A stretch of DNA of 32,000 nt from Poseidonibacter antarcticus. GTDB lineage: Bacteria > Campylobacterota > Campylobacteria > Campylobacterales > Arcobacteraceae. Position numbers and translations under genes: made by a program. The notes beneath the pieces were generated by a model. That model made no database searches. It was not told the origin of the DNA and was given only the letters and a program-made list of their open reading frames with translations. Location: contig NZ_RCWF01000011.1 of assembly GCF_003667345.1 (NCBI RefSeq), forward strand, positions 17,951 to 49,950. Reading direction: 5' to 3'. Positions 1 through 9,810 of this stretch are shown in pieces; the stretch's first letter is position 1; every line of letters begins with the position of its first letter.

Positions 1-366
1 ACATTATCAACAATGTTCGCATTTGATCTTGCAAGTACAGCAACAGCAGTTGGTGGTTCATTAGGAATTACAGCTGAAAGCATTGGAAAACAATTAACAG
101 ATATTGTTAAAGAAAAAGCACCAACTACTGCTGCACAAGCAAAAACTTATTGTACTCAAGCATCAACTTATAAATCATTTGTAGGAATTGCAGATGATGG
201 AATGATGGCTAAAGCTATTGATATTTGTGCAGAAAAATCAAGTGAAGGTTTAGAAGGTAAAGTTAATGATGCTAAAGATGCAGTTACATCTGAAGCGGCA
301 AAAGCTGTTACTTCTGACTCATCTTCATCTTTAATGGGTACTGCTTCAAAATTATTAGGAAACTAA
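1..366 (+). CDS. hypothetical Ala/Ser/Thr-rich protein, 3' part (frame is open to the window edge, so probably 5'-truncated)
   Basis: ORF 13..366; nt 1-12 in the same frame contain no stop; a clean terminator follows; no family recognised. Confidence 0.4.
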   Translation, partial: TLSTMFAFDLASTATAVGGSLGITAESIGKQLTDIVKEKAPTTAAQAKTYCTQASTYKSFVGIADDGMMAKAIDICAEKSSEGLEGKVNDAKDAVTSEAAKAVTSDSSSSLMGTASKLLGN

Positions 367-373
367 TTCTTAT

Positions 374-400
374 ATCAAACCCTTTATGGGTTTGATTTTC
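374..400 (+). terminator. rho-independent terminator
   Basis: ATCAAACCC-tttat-GGGTTTGAT perfect 9-bp stem followed by TTTTC, 8 nt after the stop codon. Confidence 0.75.
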
Positions 401-453
401 TCTTTCACTTTCTCTTTACAACAAGTAAATGATATAATTTATAAAAAACTAAA

Positions 454-1287
454 ATGGTTATAAATATGAATACAACAAATTTAATGAACACAGCACTAAA
501 ACTAGCACATCTAGACTCTATGCCCTATGATACAAATATTATAGTTGAAGGTGAAAATATCAAAAAAGTACTAATTGGTATTGATATGGAAACTCCAGAA
601 TTACTTCTGGCTAAACAGCTCGGATTTGATTGTGTAGTTTCACATCATCCCAAAGCAGACTCTTGCGTAGTTGATTTTGCAAAAGTAATGGATGTACAAA
701 TTGAGCGAATGGTAAAAAGTGGAGTACCCATAAATAAAGCACAAAAAGCCTTGAAAAAAATGCAAGCAAGTATCGACTTAGGAAGACATGCCTCTAACTA
801 TGACAGAGTAAGTTCAGCAGCAAGACTAATGAAAATGCCTTATTTAAATATCCATATTCCTGCTGATTTTATAACAGAAGAAATAGTTCAATCAAGACTT
901 GATATTGTATTTAATACTAAGCCAAAAACAAAACTTCAAGATATTATCGAAGAGTTAAACTCATGGGAATACTACATAGGAAAAGTTGCACAACCAGTTA
1001 TAAGAGTGGGATCACCAAGCGACTATGCAGGAAAAATAGAAGTTTTAATGGCGGGTGGAACAAACGGTGGCGTTGATGTTTATAAATCATATTTCGAAGC
1101 AGGAGTTGGAACTATTATAGCTATGCACGTTCCTGAAGATGTAAAAAGAGCAGTTGCTGAACAAAATATAGGAAATATAATCATTGCACCTCATATGCCA
1201 AGCGATAGTATTGGATTACTTGAAATTGTAAAAGCTTGGAGAGAACAAGGATTTGAAGTTACTTGTATGAGTGGGATTGTAGAATAA
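454..1287 (+). CDS. NIF3 (DUF34)-like metal-binding protein
   Basis: N-terminal IVEGENIKKVLIGIDMETPELLLAKQLGFDCVVSHHP resembles the YbgI/NIF3 block ending in the HHP metal-ligand motif; C-terminal IIAPHMPSDSIG resembles the second His block; typical length. Confidence 0.6.
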   Translation: MVINMNTTNLMNTALKLAHLDSMPYDTNIIVEGENIKKVLIGIDMETPELLLAKQLGFDCVVSHHPKADSCVVDFAKVMDVQIERMVKSGVPINKAQKALKKMQASIDLGRHASNYDRVSSAARLMKMPYLNIHIPADFITEEIVQSRLDIVFNTKPKTKLQDIIEELNSWEYYIGKVAQPVIRVGSPSDYAGKIEVLMAGGTNGGVDVYKSYFEAGVGTIIAMHVPEDVKRAVAEQNIGNIIIAPHMPSDSIGLLEIVKAWREQGFEVTCMSGIVE

Positions 1288-1311
1288 TTATAATTAATTA
1301 AAAGGATAGAA

Positions 1312-1785
1312 ATGAATACTAAAAAAAGACTACATATGCATATTACAGTTGATAATTTAGAAGAAAGCATACATTTTTATAATATACAGTTTGATGCAAA
1401 ACCTACTAAAGTAAAAGAAGACTATGCACAATGGTTACTAGAAGATATGTCTGTAAACTTTGCAATATCAACAAAAGGTGAAGAAAAAGGTCTTAATCAC
1501 TTAGGAATTCAATATGAAAGTGACGAAGCATTAGCTACTGCTCAAAAAAGTTTTGAAGATGCTGGAATCAAAGGTAAAGAAGAAGTTGGAGCAATATGCT
1601 GTTATAAAGAATCAAATAAATACTGGATAAATGACCCAAGTGGACTAATTTGGGAAAACTATCACTCAATGAATGATGTAGAACTATATGGAGGAAATGA
1701 ACATAGTGAATGTTGTACTCCAACATTTAATGATGGTAAAAAACCAGCTTTTTCTATTACAAAACCTGATAAGGGTTGTTGTTAA
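1312..1785 (+). CDS. ArsI/CadI-family glyoxalase-fold metalloenzyme (C-As lyase / cadmium-induced protein family)
   Basis: VOC-fold N-terminus (HITVDNLEESIHFY), vicinal Cys pair ICCY, Cys-rich tail (ECC..GCC), as in ArsI/CadI proteins. Confidence 0.75.
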   Translation: MNTKKRLHMHITVDNLEESIHFYNIQFDAKPTKVKEDYAQWLLEDMSVNFAISTKGEEKGLNHLGIQYESDEALATAQKSFEDAGIKGKEEVGAICCYKESNKYWINDPSGLIWENYHSMNDVELYGGNEHSECCTPTFNDGKKPAFSITKPDKGCC

Positions 1786-1850
1786 TAAAGTATTACAGAA
1801 TTTTGATACAATGATTTTAGATTTTTATTATCACAAATCAAGGAAAAAAT

Positions 1851-2219
1851 ATGCAAAAAAAGTTAAATGTACTAGGTGAGCCATTAGAACCTTGTAGTGT
1901 AAATCCACTTACTGGATATTATCGTGATGGTTGTTGTTTCTCTGGAAAAGATAATGATGGTGTTCACGCTGTTTGCATTTACGCAACTGAAGAGTTTTTA
2001 GCATATTCTAAAGAAGCAGGTAACGATCTTTCAACTCCAATCCCTGAATATAACTTCCCAGGTGTTAAACCAGGTGAGAGTTGGTGTTTAGGAGGATATA
2101 GTTTTGTCAAAGCACATCAAGAAGGTAAAGCACCTCAGATATTTATACATTCTACACATGAAAGAATGTTAGAACTTATTGATTTAGAGACATTGAAATC
2201 TTATGCTGTGGATTTATAA
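1851..2219 (+). CDS. DUF2237 family protein
   Basis: NVLGEPLEPCSVNPLTGYYRDGCC...GNDLSTP...PGVKPGESWCL matches the conserved DUF2237 signature; AAGGA RBS upstream. Confidence 0.8.
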   Translation: MQKKLNVLGEPLEPCSVNPLTGYYRDGCCFSGKDNDGVHAVCIYATEEFLAYSKEAGNDLSTPIPEYNFPGVKPGESWCLGGYSFVKAHQEGKAPQIFIHSTHERMLELIDLETLKSYAVDL

Positions 2220-2268
2220 GACAAGGTATATAAAAGGATATCAAATATTAACAACTAAAAATAAAAAA

Positions 2269-2475
2269 ATGTTAATTTCAGTACCACAAAACTTAGCAGA
2301 TGAAATTACACAATTTGCAGAAGATTTAAATCAAAATAAAAGTATCTTAGTTAATCAAGCACTAGAATTTTATTTTGATCATTTAGATTTACAAATTGCA
2401 AAAAAAAGAAGTATGGAAAAAAATGAATCTATAAGTTTAAGCCAAATGAGAAAATTATCTAAAGAGTCAGTATAG
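2269..2475 (+). CDS. ribbon-helix-helix (CopG/RelB/ParD-like) antitoxin-type DNA-binding protein
   Basis: MLISVPQNLADEITQFAEDLNQNKSILVNQALEFYF is a typical RHH beta-strand plus two helices; I prefer the internal ATG at 2269 because the 2203 start overlaps the upstream gene and encodes only a low-complexity extension. Confidence 0.6.
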   Translation: MLISVPQNLADEITQFAEDLNQNKSILVNQALEFYFDHLDLQIAKKRSMEKNESISLSQMRKLSKESV

Positions 2476-2518
2476 TTTAAATATTAATAAAAAGGCTTCT
2501 AAAGAAATTTTATTTTAG
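2468..2518 (+). pseudogene. possible remnant of a RelE/ParE-type toxin N-terminus (17 codons, no start codon, premature TAG)
   Basis: The frame overlapping the RHH stop reads QYSLNINKKASKEILF*. This resembles the Y-x-L-x-[IF]-x-x-x-A-x-K-[ED]-[IL] N-terminus of RelE/ParE toxins that normally follow RHH antitoxins. Confidence 0.25.
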
Positions 2519-2545
2519 ATAAATTAGTAAGGTGTCCCCTGAATT

Positions 2546-3334
2546 TTAATAATCATCTTTATTTATTTTATCAAAATCTAAAGCAAACTTTCCAGGAACT
2601 AATTTAGCTTTTTTAAATTCTACATGTTCAAAACCATTAGATTGACAAAGATTGATGATATTTTTTATTTTAGTTTTTTCTGCTTTATATCCAAAAATTA
2701 TTTCTTTTAAACATTTCTTATAAAATTTTTTACTTCCATATTCTTTACTTCCATTTAAAGATATCCTAGTAAACCTATATTCCTTTTCATATTTCCAGTC
2801 TTTCGATTTTATAGTAAAAAGCCGAGTTAATTCTTTTTCATAATCTTCATCTAATACGGAAATTAATTCATAATCCTCATTTTTTGAGTATTCTACTTTA
2901 ATACCTTCACTAGGAAGACTATTTTCTTGATTTTTTAATCCTTTAAAACCAAAACATAATCCTTTATGATTATTTGAATAATGAGACCACATTAAAATAT
3001 TGTTAGGAATAAGAGACAAAGATAAAATACCACTATTAGCTTTCCAAGATTTTATTTCCTTTTCTAAATTAGAAATAAAAATTTTATTAGATTTTGTTTT
3101 ATTTAGATCTTGTCTTATAGATTTTGTATTCTGTAAAACTTTTTTTTTAAATTTTTTAATTTCAGAAGAACTATATGAATTTATATTTCTAAATTGAAGA
3201 TTACAATCAAAAGGGTCATTAAAGAAATTTGGGGAGGCAAAATACAACTCTGAAAGTTTAATAATTTGATTAGTATGTTCTCCAAAGTCTCTATATTTAT
3301 AAAGTAATGTTTCATTCTTTATTTTCATAGACAT
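2546..3334 (-). CDS. DUF2971 domain-containing protein
   Basis: LLYKYRDF...SELYFASPNFFNDPFD and MWSHYSNNHKGLCFGF are the two hallmark DUF2971 blocks; the start is 8 nt after the stop of the upstream flavoprotein gene. Confidence 0.7.
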   Translation of the reverse strand: MSMKIKNETLLYKYRDFGEHTNQIIKLSELYFASPNFFNDPFDCNLQFRNINSYSSSEIKKFKKKVLQNTKSIRQDLNKTKSNKIFISNLEKEIKSWKANSGILSLSLIPNNILMWSHYSNNHKGLCFGFKGLKNQENSLPSEGIKVEYSKNEDYELISVLDEDYEKELTRLFTIKSKDWKYEKEYRFTRISLNGSKEYGSKKFYKKCLKEIIFGYKAEKTKIKNIINLCQSNGFEHVEFKKAKLVPGKFALDFDKINKDDY

Positions 3335-3342
3335 TCCATGTT

Positions 3343-4569
3343 TTATTTACCCAATGCCTTCCCAACTAAATACCCACTAGCCCACGCAAACTGTAGATTA
3401 AATCCACCTCTATTTCCAACAATATCTAAAACCTCTCCTGCAAAGTATAGGTTTTTGCACTTCTTACTTTCATAAGTTCGATTATCTATTTCATCTGTTC
3501 TTACACCACCACCACTGGCTTCTGCGTGTCCGAAGCCTTGTGTATCTGTGATTTTTAGTTTCCATTGATTAAGTTGATATGATATTGCTTTGATTTGTTT
3601 TGCGTTTACTTGTCCTGCTTTTGCTTCACTATCAATTTTACAGATTTCTAGTAAAACTGGTGCGATTTTATTTGATATCATTCCTGTTAAAATATCTAAG
3701 GCTTTTTGGTTTGGTGTAGTTTTGAATAAGCTTTGGATTTGGTCTGCTAAGTCATTTCTATGAAGCTTTGGGAAAAAATTTACTGCTATTTTTACATCTT
3801 GGTACATACTTAGATTATATGCTGCTACTTGCGAAACATCTAAAATAGCAAAACCTGAAACACCGTATTTTGTAAACAGTACATCTCCAAATATTTCTTG
3901 TTCAAGCTGTCCGTTTATATATAGTGATACATTACACTCTTTTTTAACTCCTTGCATACGAGAGTGATAGTTTACATCTGTATGAAGTCCTACAAGTGAT
4001 GGATAAGTTAGATTGAAACTATGCTCAAATTTTGAGGCGAAGTCTAGCCCTGATTCATTTGCATTTAGTTGTGGTGCAGCTCCTAGACCGTTTGATATTA
4101 GAACTTTATCATAGTCTTTATACTCTTTATCATTTGTTTTGATATTAAACTTGTTTTCAATCTTTTGAACATCTGAGATAAGTGATTCTAAATATATGTT
4201 AACACCTAAAGAATCGAGTGTTAACTCTAAAAGCTTAGTTACTGATTTTGCTTCATTTGATAATGGATATACTTTGTTAGTCTCTTTTATATCAAGAAGT
4301 AATCCAATACTTTTACAGAACTTTTCAAAAGATTTAAAATCAAACTCTTTTAAAGCATAGCTAACAAAATCAGGATTCTCTCCTAAATAGTTTTTAGCTG
4401 TCACTTGGCTATTTGAGATATTACATCTTCCATTTCCACTAGCTAATATCTTTTTACCAATACCTTTGTTTGCATCAAATAAATCTATTTGAATATCTTT
4501 GTTTAATCTTTTAGCAGTTATGGCTGCTATTATTCCAGCAGCTCCCGCTCCAATTATTGCTATTTTCAA
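3343..4569 (-). CDS. HI0933/BaiN-like NAD(P)/FAD-dependent oxidoreductase (aminoacetone oxidase family)
   Basis: KIAIIGAGAAGIIAA dinucleotide fold and GKKILASGNGRCNISN motif, with C-terminal GGFNLQFAWASG. I chose TTG at 4569 (AAGGTG RBS 4 nt upstream, no overlap with the cupin gene); the longest ORF would start at 4599. Confidence 0.8.
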   Translation of the reverse strand: MKIAIIGAGAAGIIAAITAKRLNKDIQIDLFDANKGIGKKILASGNGRCNISNSQVTAKNYLGENPDFVSYALKEFDFKSFEKFCKSIGLLLDIKETNKVYPLSNEAKSVTKLLELTLDSLGVNIYLESLISDVQKIENKFNIKTNDKEYKDYDKVLISNGLGAAPQLNANESGLDFASKFEHSFNLTYPSLVGLHTDVNYHSRMQGVKKECNVSLYINGQLEQEIFGDVLFTKYGVSGFAILDVSQVAAYNLSMYQDVKIAVNFFPKLHRNDLADQIQSLFKTTPNQKALDILTGMISNKIAPVLLEICKIDSEAKAGQVNAKQIKAISYQLNQWKLKITDTQGFGHAEASGGGVRTDEIDNRTYESKKCKNLYFAGEVLDIVGNRGGFNLQFAWASGYLVGKALGK

Positions 4570-4577
4570 ATCACACC

Positions 4578-4889
4578 TTAATAAAATATTGCAAGCCATA
4601 TTGTTGGCTGCATTTGATTTGTGTATTTTACCCTATGTTTTGTAAAAGCAGGAATATTTATAAAATCACCCTCTTTTAGAATCACTTCTTTATGTTCATA
4701 TTCTAAGATGGCATTTCCTTTTAATATAAGAACAAATTCATTTTCTTTTTGCTCATACCAAAAGTTTATGGGTGAGCTTTGTCCATTTGATACTATTTTT
4801 TCTATTCTTATATTGTCATTTTTGATTAATTCAAAGAATTGTTCTTGTTTTTTATCTATTATAATATTTTCAAATATATTATTCTTCAT
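4578..4889 (-). CDS. cupin domain protein
   Basis: 103 aa, beta-barrel pattern with GDFINIPAFTKHRV cupin motif 2; first gene of the cupin-flavoprotein-DUF2971 minus-strand operon. Confidence 0.65.
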   Translation of the reverse strand: MKNNIFENIIIDKKQEQFFELIKNDNIRIEKIVSNGQSSPINFWYEQKENEFVLILKGNAILEYEHKEVILKEGDFINIPAFTKHRVKYTNQMQPTIWLAIFY

Positions 4890-5178
4890 ATTTTAAGCCT
4901 TTTTATTAATAAAATTATAACTATTTTATACTATATTCCCTATTATTAAACTATAGTATTTTAATCAACTATTATATTTTAAGAAATTTATCAATAAATT
5001 TTGAAATTCTTTTTATCTTTATTACTTCTGAAATAAAAAATTATTCTTTATCTAAAAGTTACCATTATATAGGATTTATATACAATTATTTACTTGAAAA
5101 TGATTTAATAAATTAAACTATAATTCTTAATTACAAGTATTTTAATATAGATTATTCTATTAATTTTGATAAAATCAC

Positions 5179-5207
5179 TTGACATTGAAATAAAAATATT
5201 CTATAAT
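5179..5207 (+). promoter_or_regulatory. sigma70-type promoter of the metY-cys operon
   Basis: TTGACA (5179-5184), a 17-nt spacer, then TATAAT (5202-5207), 41 nt upstream of the metY ATG; AAGGA RBS at 5236-5240. Confidence 0.7.
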
Positions 5208-5247
5208 TTCACCATAATTAAAAAACGAAAGAAAGAAGGATTACACA

Positions 5248-6516
5248 ATGCATAACGAAACAATTGCAGTTCACGGGGGCTATAATAAGAAAGAGGGTTA
5301 TGGTTCAATGGCTGTACCAATTACTCAAACTACTGCATATGCCTTTAGAGATTCAGAACACGCTGCAAATTTATTTGCTTTAAAAGAATTAGGACCAATT
5401 TACACAAGATTAAATAATCCTACAACAGATGTACTAGAACAAAGATTTGCACAACTTGAAGGTGGAGCAGCAGCTTTATGTGTTTCAAGTGGTCAATCAT
5501 CAATTTTCTATGCCATTGCAAATGTTGCTCAGGCTGGAGATAATATTTTAATCTCTGATAAATTATATGGTGGTGCAGTTACTTTATTAACTCATACTAT
5601 TAGAAGATTTGGGATTCAAGCACATGTTTTTAAATCTGAAGATGCTTCAAATTTAGAAGAACAAATTAATGATAAAACAAAAGCGATTTTCTTTGAATCA
5701 TTATCAAATCCACAAATTGCAGTAGCAGATATTGAAAAAATAGTTGAAATAGCAAAAAGAAATGGTGTTTTAACAATTTGTGATAATACAGTTGCAACAG
5801 CAGCTTTATTTAACCCAATCAAATGGGGTGTTGATGTTGTAGTTCATTCAACTTCAAAATATACAAATGGTCAAGGTACTGTACTTGGTGGAATTATTGT
5901 AGAAAGAGATGGTTTAGCAGAATTCTTTAAAGAAAATGCAGAAAAATATACTGAATTTACAACACCAGATGATTCATACCATGGTTTAGTTTATGTTGAT
6001 GTTCCTCTTCCAAACTTTTGTTTAAGAGCTAGATTATCATTAGCACGAGATATTGGTGCAGTTCAAGCTCCGCTTAATTCTTGGTTATTAATTCAAACAT
6101 TAGAAACTCTGTCTTTAAGAGTTGATAAACATTCTGATAATGCTTTAGAAATTGCAGAATTTTTAAGTGCACATCCAAAAGTAAAAGCAGTAAATTATCC
6201 AGGTTTAAAAACTGATAAATATTATGATAAAGCTCAAAAATACTTTAAAGATGGAAAAGCATCTGGACTTATTTCTTTTGATGTTGAGTCATTTGATGAA
6301 GCAAAAAGAGTAATTGATAGTGCTAAATTATTTAGCGTTGTTGTAAATATTGGGGATAGTAAATCACTTATTGTTCATCCAGCATCTACAACTCACTCTC
6401 AATTAACAGAAGAAGAGTTAACAAAAGTTGGTGTTAAACCAGTTACAATTAGACTTTCAATTGGTTTAGAGAACACTGAAGATTTAAAAGCTGATTTAGA
6501 ACAAGCGTTAAATTAG
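5248..6516 (+). CDS. metY: O-acetylhomoserine (thiol)-lyase / aminocarboxypropyltransferase
   Basis: Cys/Met-metabolism PLP family; the STSKYTNGQG block carries the PLP lysine; 422 aa; strong similarity pattern to MetY/MetZ. Confidence 0.85.
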   Translation: MHNETIAVHGGYNKKEGYGSMAVPITQTTAYAFRDSEHAANLFALKELGPIYTRLNNPTTDVLEQRFAQLEGGAAALCVSSGQSSIFYAIANVAQAGDNILISDKLYGGAVTLLTHTIRRFGIQAHVFKSEDASNLEEQINDKTKAIFFESLSNPQIAVADIEKIVEIAKRNGVLTICDNTVATAALFNPIKWGVDVVVHSTSKYTNGQGTVLGGIIVERDGLAEFFKENAEKYTEFTTPDDSYHGLVYVDVPLPNFCLRARLSLARDIGAVQAPLNSWLLIQTLETLSLRVDKHSDNALEIAEFLSAHPKVKAVNYPGLKTDKYYDKAQKYFKDGKASGLISFDVESFDEAKRVIDSAKLFSVVVNIGDSKSLIVHPASTTHSQLTEEELTKVGVKPVTIRLSIGLENTEDLKADLEQALN

Positions 6517-6528
6517 GAATTTGAAGAA

Positions 6529-6942
6529 ATGCCATTAATTTCAACAAAAGGTGTATATGGTTTAACAGCCATGTACGAACTTAGTAAACATGAAGCAGAT
6601 ACTCCAATGCAAATCAAGGAAATCTCTTCAAATGCTAATATTCCTCAGAATTATTTAGAACAATTATTGAGTAAACTTAGACGTGCTGGACTTGTTAAAA
6701 GTATAAGAGGTGCTAAGGGTGGGTATGTTTTAGCATTTTTGCCTAAAGAAATTAAGGTAGTTGATATTTTAGTAGCACTAGAAGGTGATATTAAAGTTGT
6801 TGATGTGAAAGCTAAAAACCCGATATTAAATATATTCTTTGATGAGTCAAAAGAACAAATAAAAAAGATTTTTGATTTGAATCTATCTAATTTAGATGAT
6901 TATCAAGATAAATATAACGAATTTTTACATTACAGTATATAA
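6529..6942 (+). CDS. Rrf2 family transcriptional regulator (CymR/IscR-like, no Cys cluster)
   Basis: The N-terminus [16 protein letters not shown]...[41 protein letters not shown] is the Rrf2 wHTH; no three-Cys Fe-S ligand motif is visible. Confidence 0.85.
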   Translation: MPLISTKGVYGLTAMYELSKHEADTPMQIKEISSNANIPQNYLEQLLSKLRRAGLVKSIRGAKGGYVLAFLPKEIKVVDILVALEGDIKVVDVKAKNPILNIFFDESKEQIKKIFDLNLSNLDDYQDKYNEFLHYSI

Positions 6943-6953
6943 AGGAAATTAAA

Positions 6954-7886
6954 ATGAAATATGCAAAAAATATAACAGAATTAATTGGTAATACACCTTT
7001 AGTAAAATTACAAGGTGCAAGTGAAGAAAGTGGTGCAACTGTTTTAGGGAAATGTGAGTTTATGAATCCATCACATTCTGTAAAAGATAGAATTGGTACA
7101 AATATGATTAATAAAGCTTTAGAGCAAGGGTTAATCAACAAAGACACAACAGTTATTGAACCAACATCTGGAAATACAGGTATTGCCTTAGCAAGTGTTT
7201 GTGCAGCTTTAGGAATCAAATTAGTTCTTACTATGCCTTCATCAATGAGTATTGAAAGAAGAAGATTATTAAAAGCTTTAGGTGCTGATTTAGTATTAAC
7301 AGAACCTGAAAAAGGAATGAAAGGTGCTATTGATAAAGCTCTTGAGTTAAGTGAAGAAAATTCAAATTCATTTATTCCACAACAATTTGCAAATGCAGCA
7401 AATCCTGAAATTCACAGATTAACAACTGCAAAAGAAATTATTGCAGATACAGATGGAAAAGTTGATATTTTCATCGCAGCAATTGGTACAGGTGGAACAA
7501 TTACAGGAACAGGTGAAGTTTTAAGAGAAAATAATCCAAATGTTCAAATTATTGCAGTTGAACCTGATGCTTCTCCTGTATTAAGTGGTGGTAAACCAGG
7601 TCCTCATAAAATCCAAGGTATTGGTGCTGGATTTGTTCCTGATGTTTTAAATACTGAACTTTATAACGAAGTTATCCAAGTATCAAATGAAGATGCAATT
7701 GCAACTTCAAGAGCATTAGCTAAAGAAGAAGGTTTATTAGTTGGTGTTTCAGCTGGTGCAAATGCATTTGTTGCAAAACAAGTTGCATCTAGACCTGAAA
7801 ACAAAGGTAAAACAATTGTAACTATTCTTTGTGATACAGGTGAAAGATATTTAAGTTCAGGACTATATGATTATGACGAAGAGTAA
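6954..7886 (+). CDS. cysK: cysteine synthase A (O-acetylserine sulfhydrylase)
   Basis: [20 protein letters not shown] (PLP lysine) and [10 protein letters not shown] motifs; 310 aa. Confidence 0.92.
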   Translation: MKYAKNITELIGNTPLVKLQGASEESGATVLGKCEFMNPSHSVKDRIGTNMINKALEQGLINKDTTVIEPTSGNTGIALASVCAALGIKLVLTMPSSMSIERRRLLKALGADLVLTEPEKGMKGAIDKALELSEENSNSFIPQQFANAANPEIHRLTTAKEIIADTDGKVDIFIAAIGTGGTITGTGEVLRENNPNVQIIAVEPDASPVLSGGKPGPHKIQGIGAGFVPDVLNTELYNEVIQVSNEDAIATSRALAKEEGLLVGVSAGANAFVAKQVASRPENKGKTIVTILCDTGERYLSSGLYDYDEE

Positions 7887-7932
7887 AATCTCTTCGCTCT
7901 CATATAAATAAAATAAGGTATGAGGTAGAAGA

Positions 7933-8163
7933 ATGCAGGAAAAAGCTTACAGATCAGTTGTCAAAAGCATATCTTGGCGTGTAATTGGGACTCTAGATAC
8001 AATAATAATCTCATATTTTATTACTGGTAATTTAAAAATGGCAGCCTCTATTGGATCAATAGAATTATTTACAAAAATGGCTTTATATTATTTTCATGAA
8101 AGAGCTTGGAATAAAATCAATTTAGGTAGAGTTAAACCATCAGCAAATGATTATCAAATATAA
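7933..8163 (+). CDS. DUF2061 small membrane protein
   Basis: RSVVKSISWRVIGTLDTIIISYFITG...ELFTKMALYYFHERAWN matches the DUF2061 signature; GAGGT RBS. Confidence 0.75.
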   Translation: MQEKAYRSVVKSISWRVIGTLDTIIISYFITGNLKMAASIGSIELFTKMALYYFHERAWNKINLGRVKPSANDYQI

Positions 8164-8172
8164 AGGCATTTT

Positions 8173-8877
8173 ATGAGTAAAGAGTTAGTAGAAAAATTAA
8201 ATTTAGAATTAAAAGATAAATCTACAAATGAAATATTAGAGTATTTTTTAAAGAATTATAAAAACACTTCAGCACTAAGTTCAAGCCTAGCTGCAGAAGA
8301 TCAAGTTTTAACAGATATTATTTTGAAAAAAGATAAAGATGCAAGAATCTTTACATTGGATACAGGTAGATTACATCCTGAAACTTATGATGTTATGGAT
8401 GCAACAAATCTAAAATATAATATCAAATTAGATGTATATTTTCCTAATGTTGATGATGTTCAAAATCTCTATAAAACACAAGGTGTAAATGGACAATATG
8501 AAAGTATTGAAAAAAGAAAAACTTGCTGTGGTATTAGGAAAATTGAACCTTTAAAAAGAGCCTTAAAAGGTTTAGATATTTGGTTTACAGGATTAAGAGC
8601 AGCTCAAAGTGTTACAAGAACCCAAATGAAACTTATCGAGTGGGATGAGGGATTTAATATAATAAAAGTAAATGCCTTAATAGATTGGAATGAAGATGAT
8701 GTATGGAGCTATATAAAAGAAAATAATGTTCCATATAATAAACTTCATGACCAAGGCTTCCCAAGTATTGGATGTGCACCCTGTACTAGAGCCGTTCAAG
8801 ACGGTGAAGATATTAGAGCAGGACGATGGTGGTGGGAAAACCCAGAACACAAAGAATGTGGTTTACACAGAAAATAA
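8173..8877 (+). CDS. cysH: adenylyl-sulfate (APS)/PAPS reductase, thioredoxin-dependent, Fe-S-cluster (APS-reductase) type
   Basis: PAPS_reduct fold; [10 protein letters not shown] and GCAPCT cysteine pairs plus C-terminal ECGLH catalytic motif. Confidence 0.88.
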   Translation: MSKELVEKLNLELKDKSTNEILEYFLKNYKNTSALSSSLAAEDQVLTDIILKKDKDARIFTLDTGRLHPETYDVMDATNLKYNIKLDVYFPNVDDVQNLYKTQGVNGQYESIEKRKTCCGIRKIEPLKRALKGLDIWFTGLRAAQSVTRTQMKLIEWDEGFNIIKVNALIDWNEDDVWSYIKENNVPYNKLHDQGFPSIGCAPCTRAVQDGEDIRAGRWWWENPEHKECGLHRK

Positions 8878-8894
8878 TAAAAGAAAGGTATCAA

Positions 8895-9809
8895 ATGGAA
8901 ATAAGTCAAGATAGATTAACGCATTTAAAACAGCTAGAAGCAGAATCAATGCACATAATGAAAGAAGTAGTAGCAGAGTTTCAAAACCCTGGTATGCTTT
9001 ATAGTGTAGGGAAAGATTCATCTGTAATGCTACATATTTTACAAAAAGCATTTTACCCAGCACCACCACCATTACCTTTAATGCATGTAGATACAAAATG
9101 GAAATTCAAAGAAATGATTGAATTTAGAGATAAACGTGCAAAAGAAGTAGGAATGGAATTAATTGTTTACTCAAATCCAAAAGGAATTGAGATGAATATT
9201 TCTCCATTTGAACATGGAAGCTCAGTACATACAGATATTATGAAAACTGAGGGATTAAAAAATGCTTTAAATATCCATAAGTTTGATGCAGTATTTGGTG
9301 GAGCCCGACGTGATGAAGAAAAATCAAGAGCAAAAGAGAGAATTTATTCTTTTAGAGATAAAAACCATAGATGGGATCCAAAAAACCAAAGACCAGAACT
9401 TTGGAATATTTATAATGGAAGACATACTAAAGGTGAATCAATTAGAGTATTCCCATTATCTAACTGGACAGAATTAGATATTTGGCAATATATTTATCTT
9501 GAAAATATTTCTATTCCTGATTTATACTTCTCAAAAGAGCGTGAAGTAGTAGATTATATGGGTGCAAAAATCATGGTAGATGATGAAAGAATGCCTGAAG
9601 AACTTAGAAAAACAGCAAAAAAAGAAAAAGTAAGATTTAGAACACTTGGGTGTTATCCACTAACTGGTGCAGTTGAAAGTGAAGCTACAACATTACCTGA
9701 GATTATTCAAGAAATGCTTGTTTGTACAACAAGTGAAAGACAAGGTAGATTAATTGACTCTGATGGTGATGCATCAATGGAGAAAAAGAAACAAGAAGGG
9801 TATTTTTAA
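8895..9809 (+). CDS. cysD: sulfate adenylyltransferase subunit 2
   Basis: [18 protein letters not shown]...[13 protein letters not shown] (PP-loop) ...[16 protein letters not shown]...; I chose ATG 8895 with an AAGAAAGG RBS, since the longer ORF start at 8826 lies inside cysH. Confidence 0.9.
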   Translation: MEISQDRLTHLKQLEAESMHIMKEVVAEFQNPGMLYSVGKDSSVMLHILQKAFYPAPPPLPLMHVDTKWKFKEMIEFRDKRAKEVGMELIVYSNPKGIEMNISPFEHGSSVHTDIMKTEGLKNALNIHKFDAVFGGARRDEEKSRAKERIYSFRDKNHRWDPKNQRPELWNIYNGRHTKGESIRVFPLSNWTELDIWQYIYLENISIPDLYFSKEREVVDYMGAKIMVDDERMPEELRKTAKKEKVRFRTLGCYPLTGAVESEATTLPEIIQEMLVCTTSERQGRLIDSDGDASMEKKKQEGYF

Positions 9810-9810
9810 G

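Noticed and set aside
1688-1879. Short or antisense ORFs nested in well-supported genes (1688..1879, 3000..3197, 4621..4896, 5616..5822, 6887..7219, 8726..8914, 8863..9096, 9283..9477, 11546..11794, 12327..12533, 14926..15171, 17042..17275, 19365..19592, 20142..20393, 20586..20807, 25028..25255, 28639..28893)
   Set aside because: These are shadow frames of AT-rich coding sequence. They are low-complexity Ile/Phe/Leu/Lys-rich translations with no RBS, and each is contained in or overlaps a gene with clear family motifs.
4890-5247. SAM riboswitch, T-box or other leader upstream of metY
   Set aside because: A consensus TTGACA-17-TATAAT promoter leaves only about 35 nt of leader. The rest of the 358-bp gap is nearly pure AT with no conserved helices.
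8826-8894. N-terminal extensions offered by the longest-ORF track (cysD 8826, cysN 9754, yeeE 20887, SHP 16386, periplasmic protein 24023, RHH 2203)
   Set aside because: Each extension overlaps the preceding gene or lacks an RBS. A downstream ATG with a good SD begins exactly where family-conserved sequence or a signal peptide starts.
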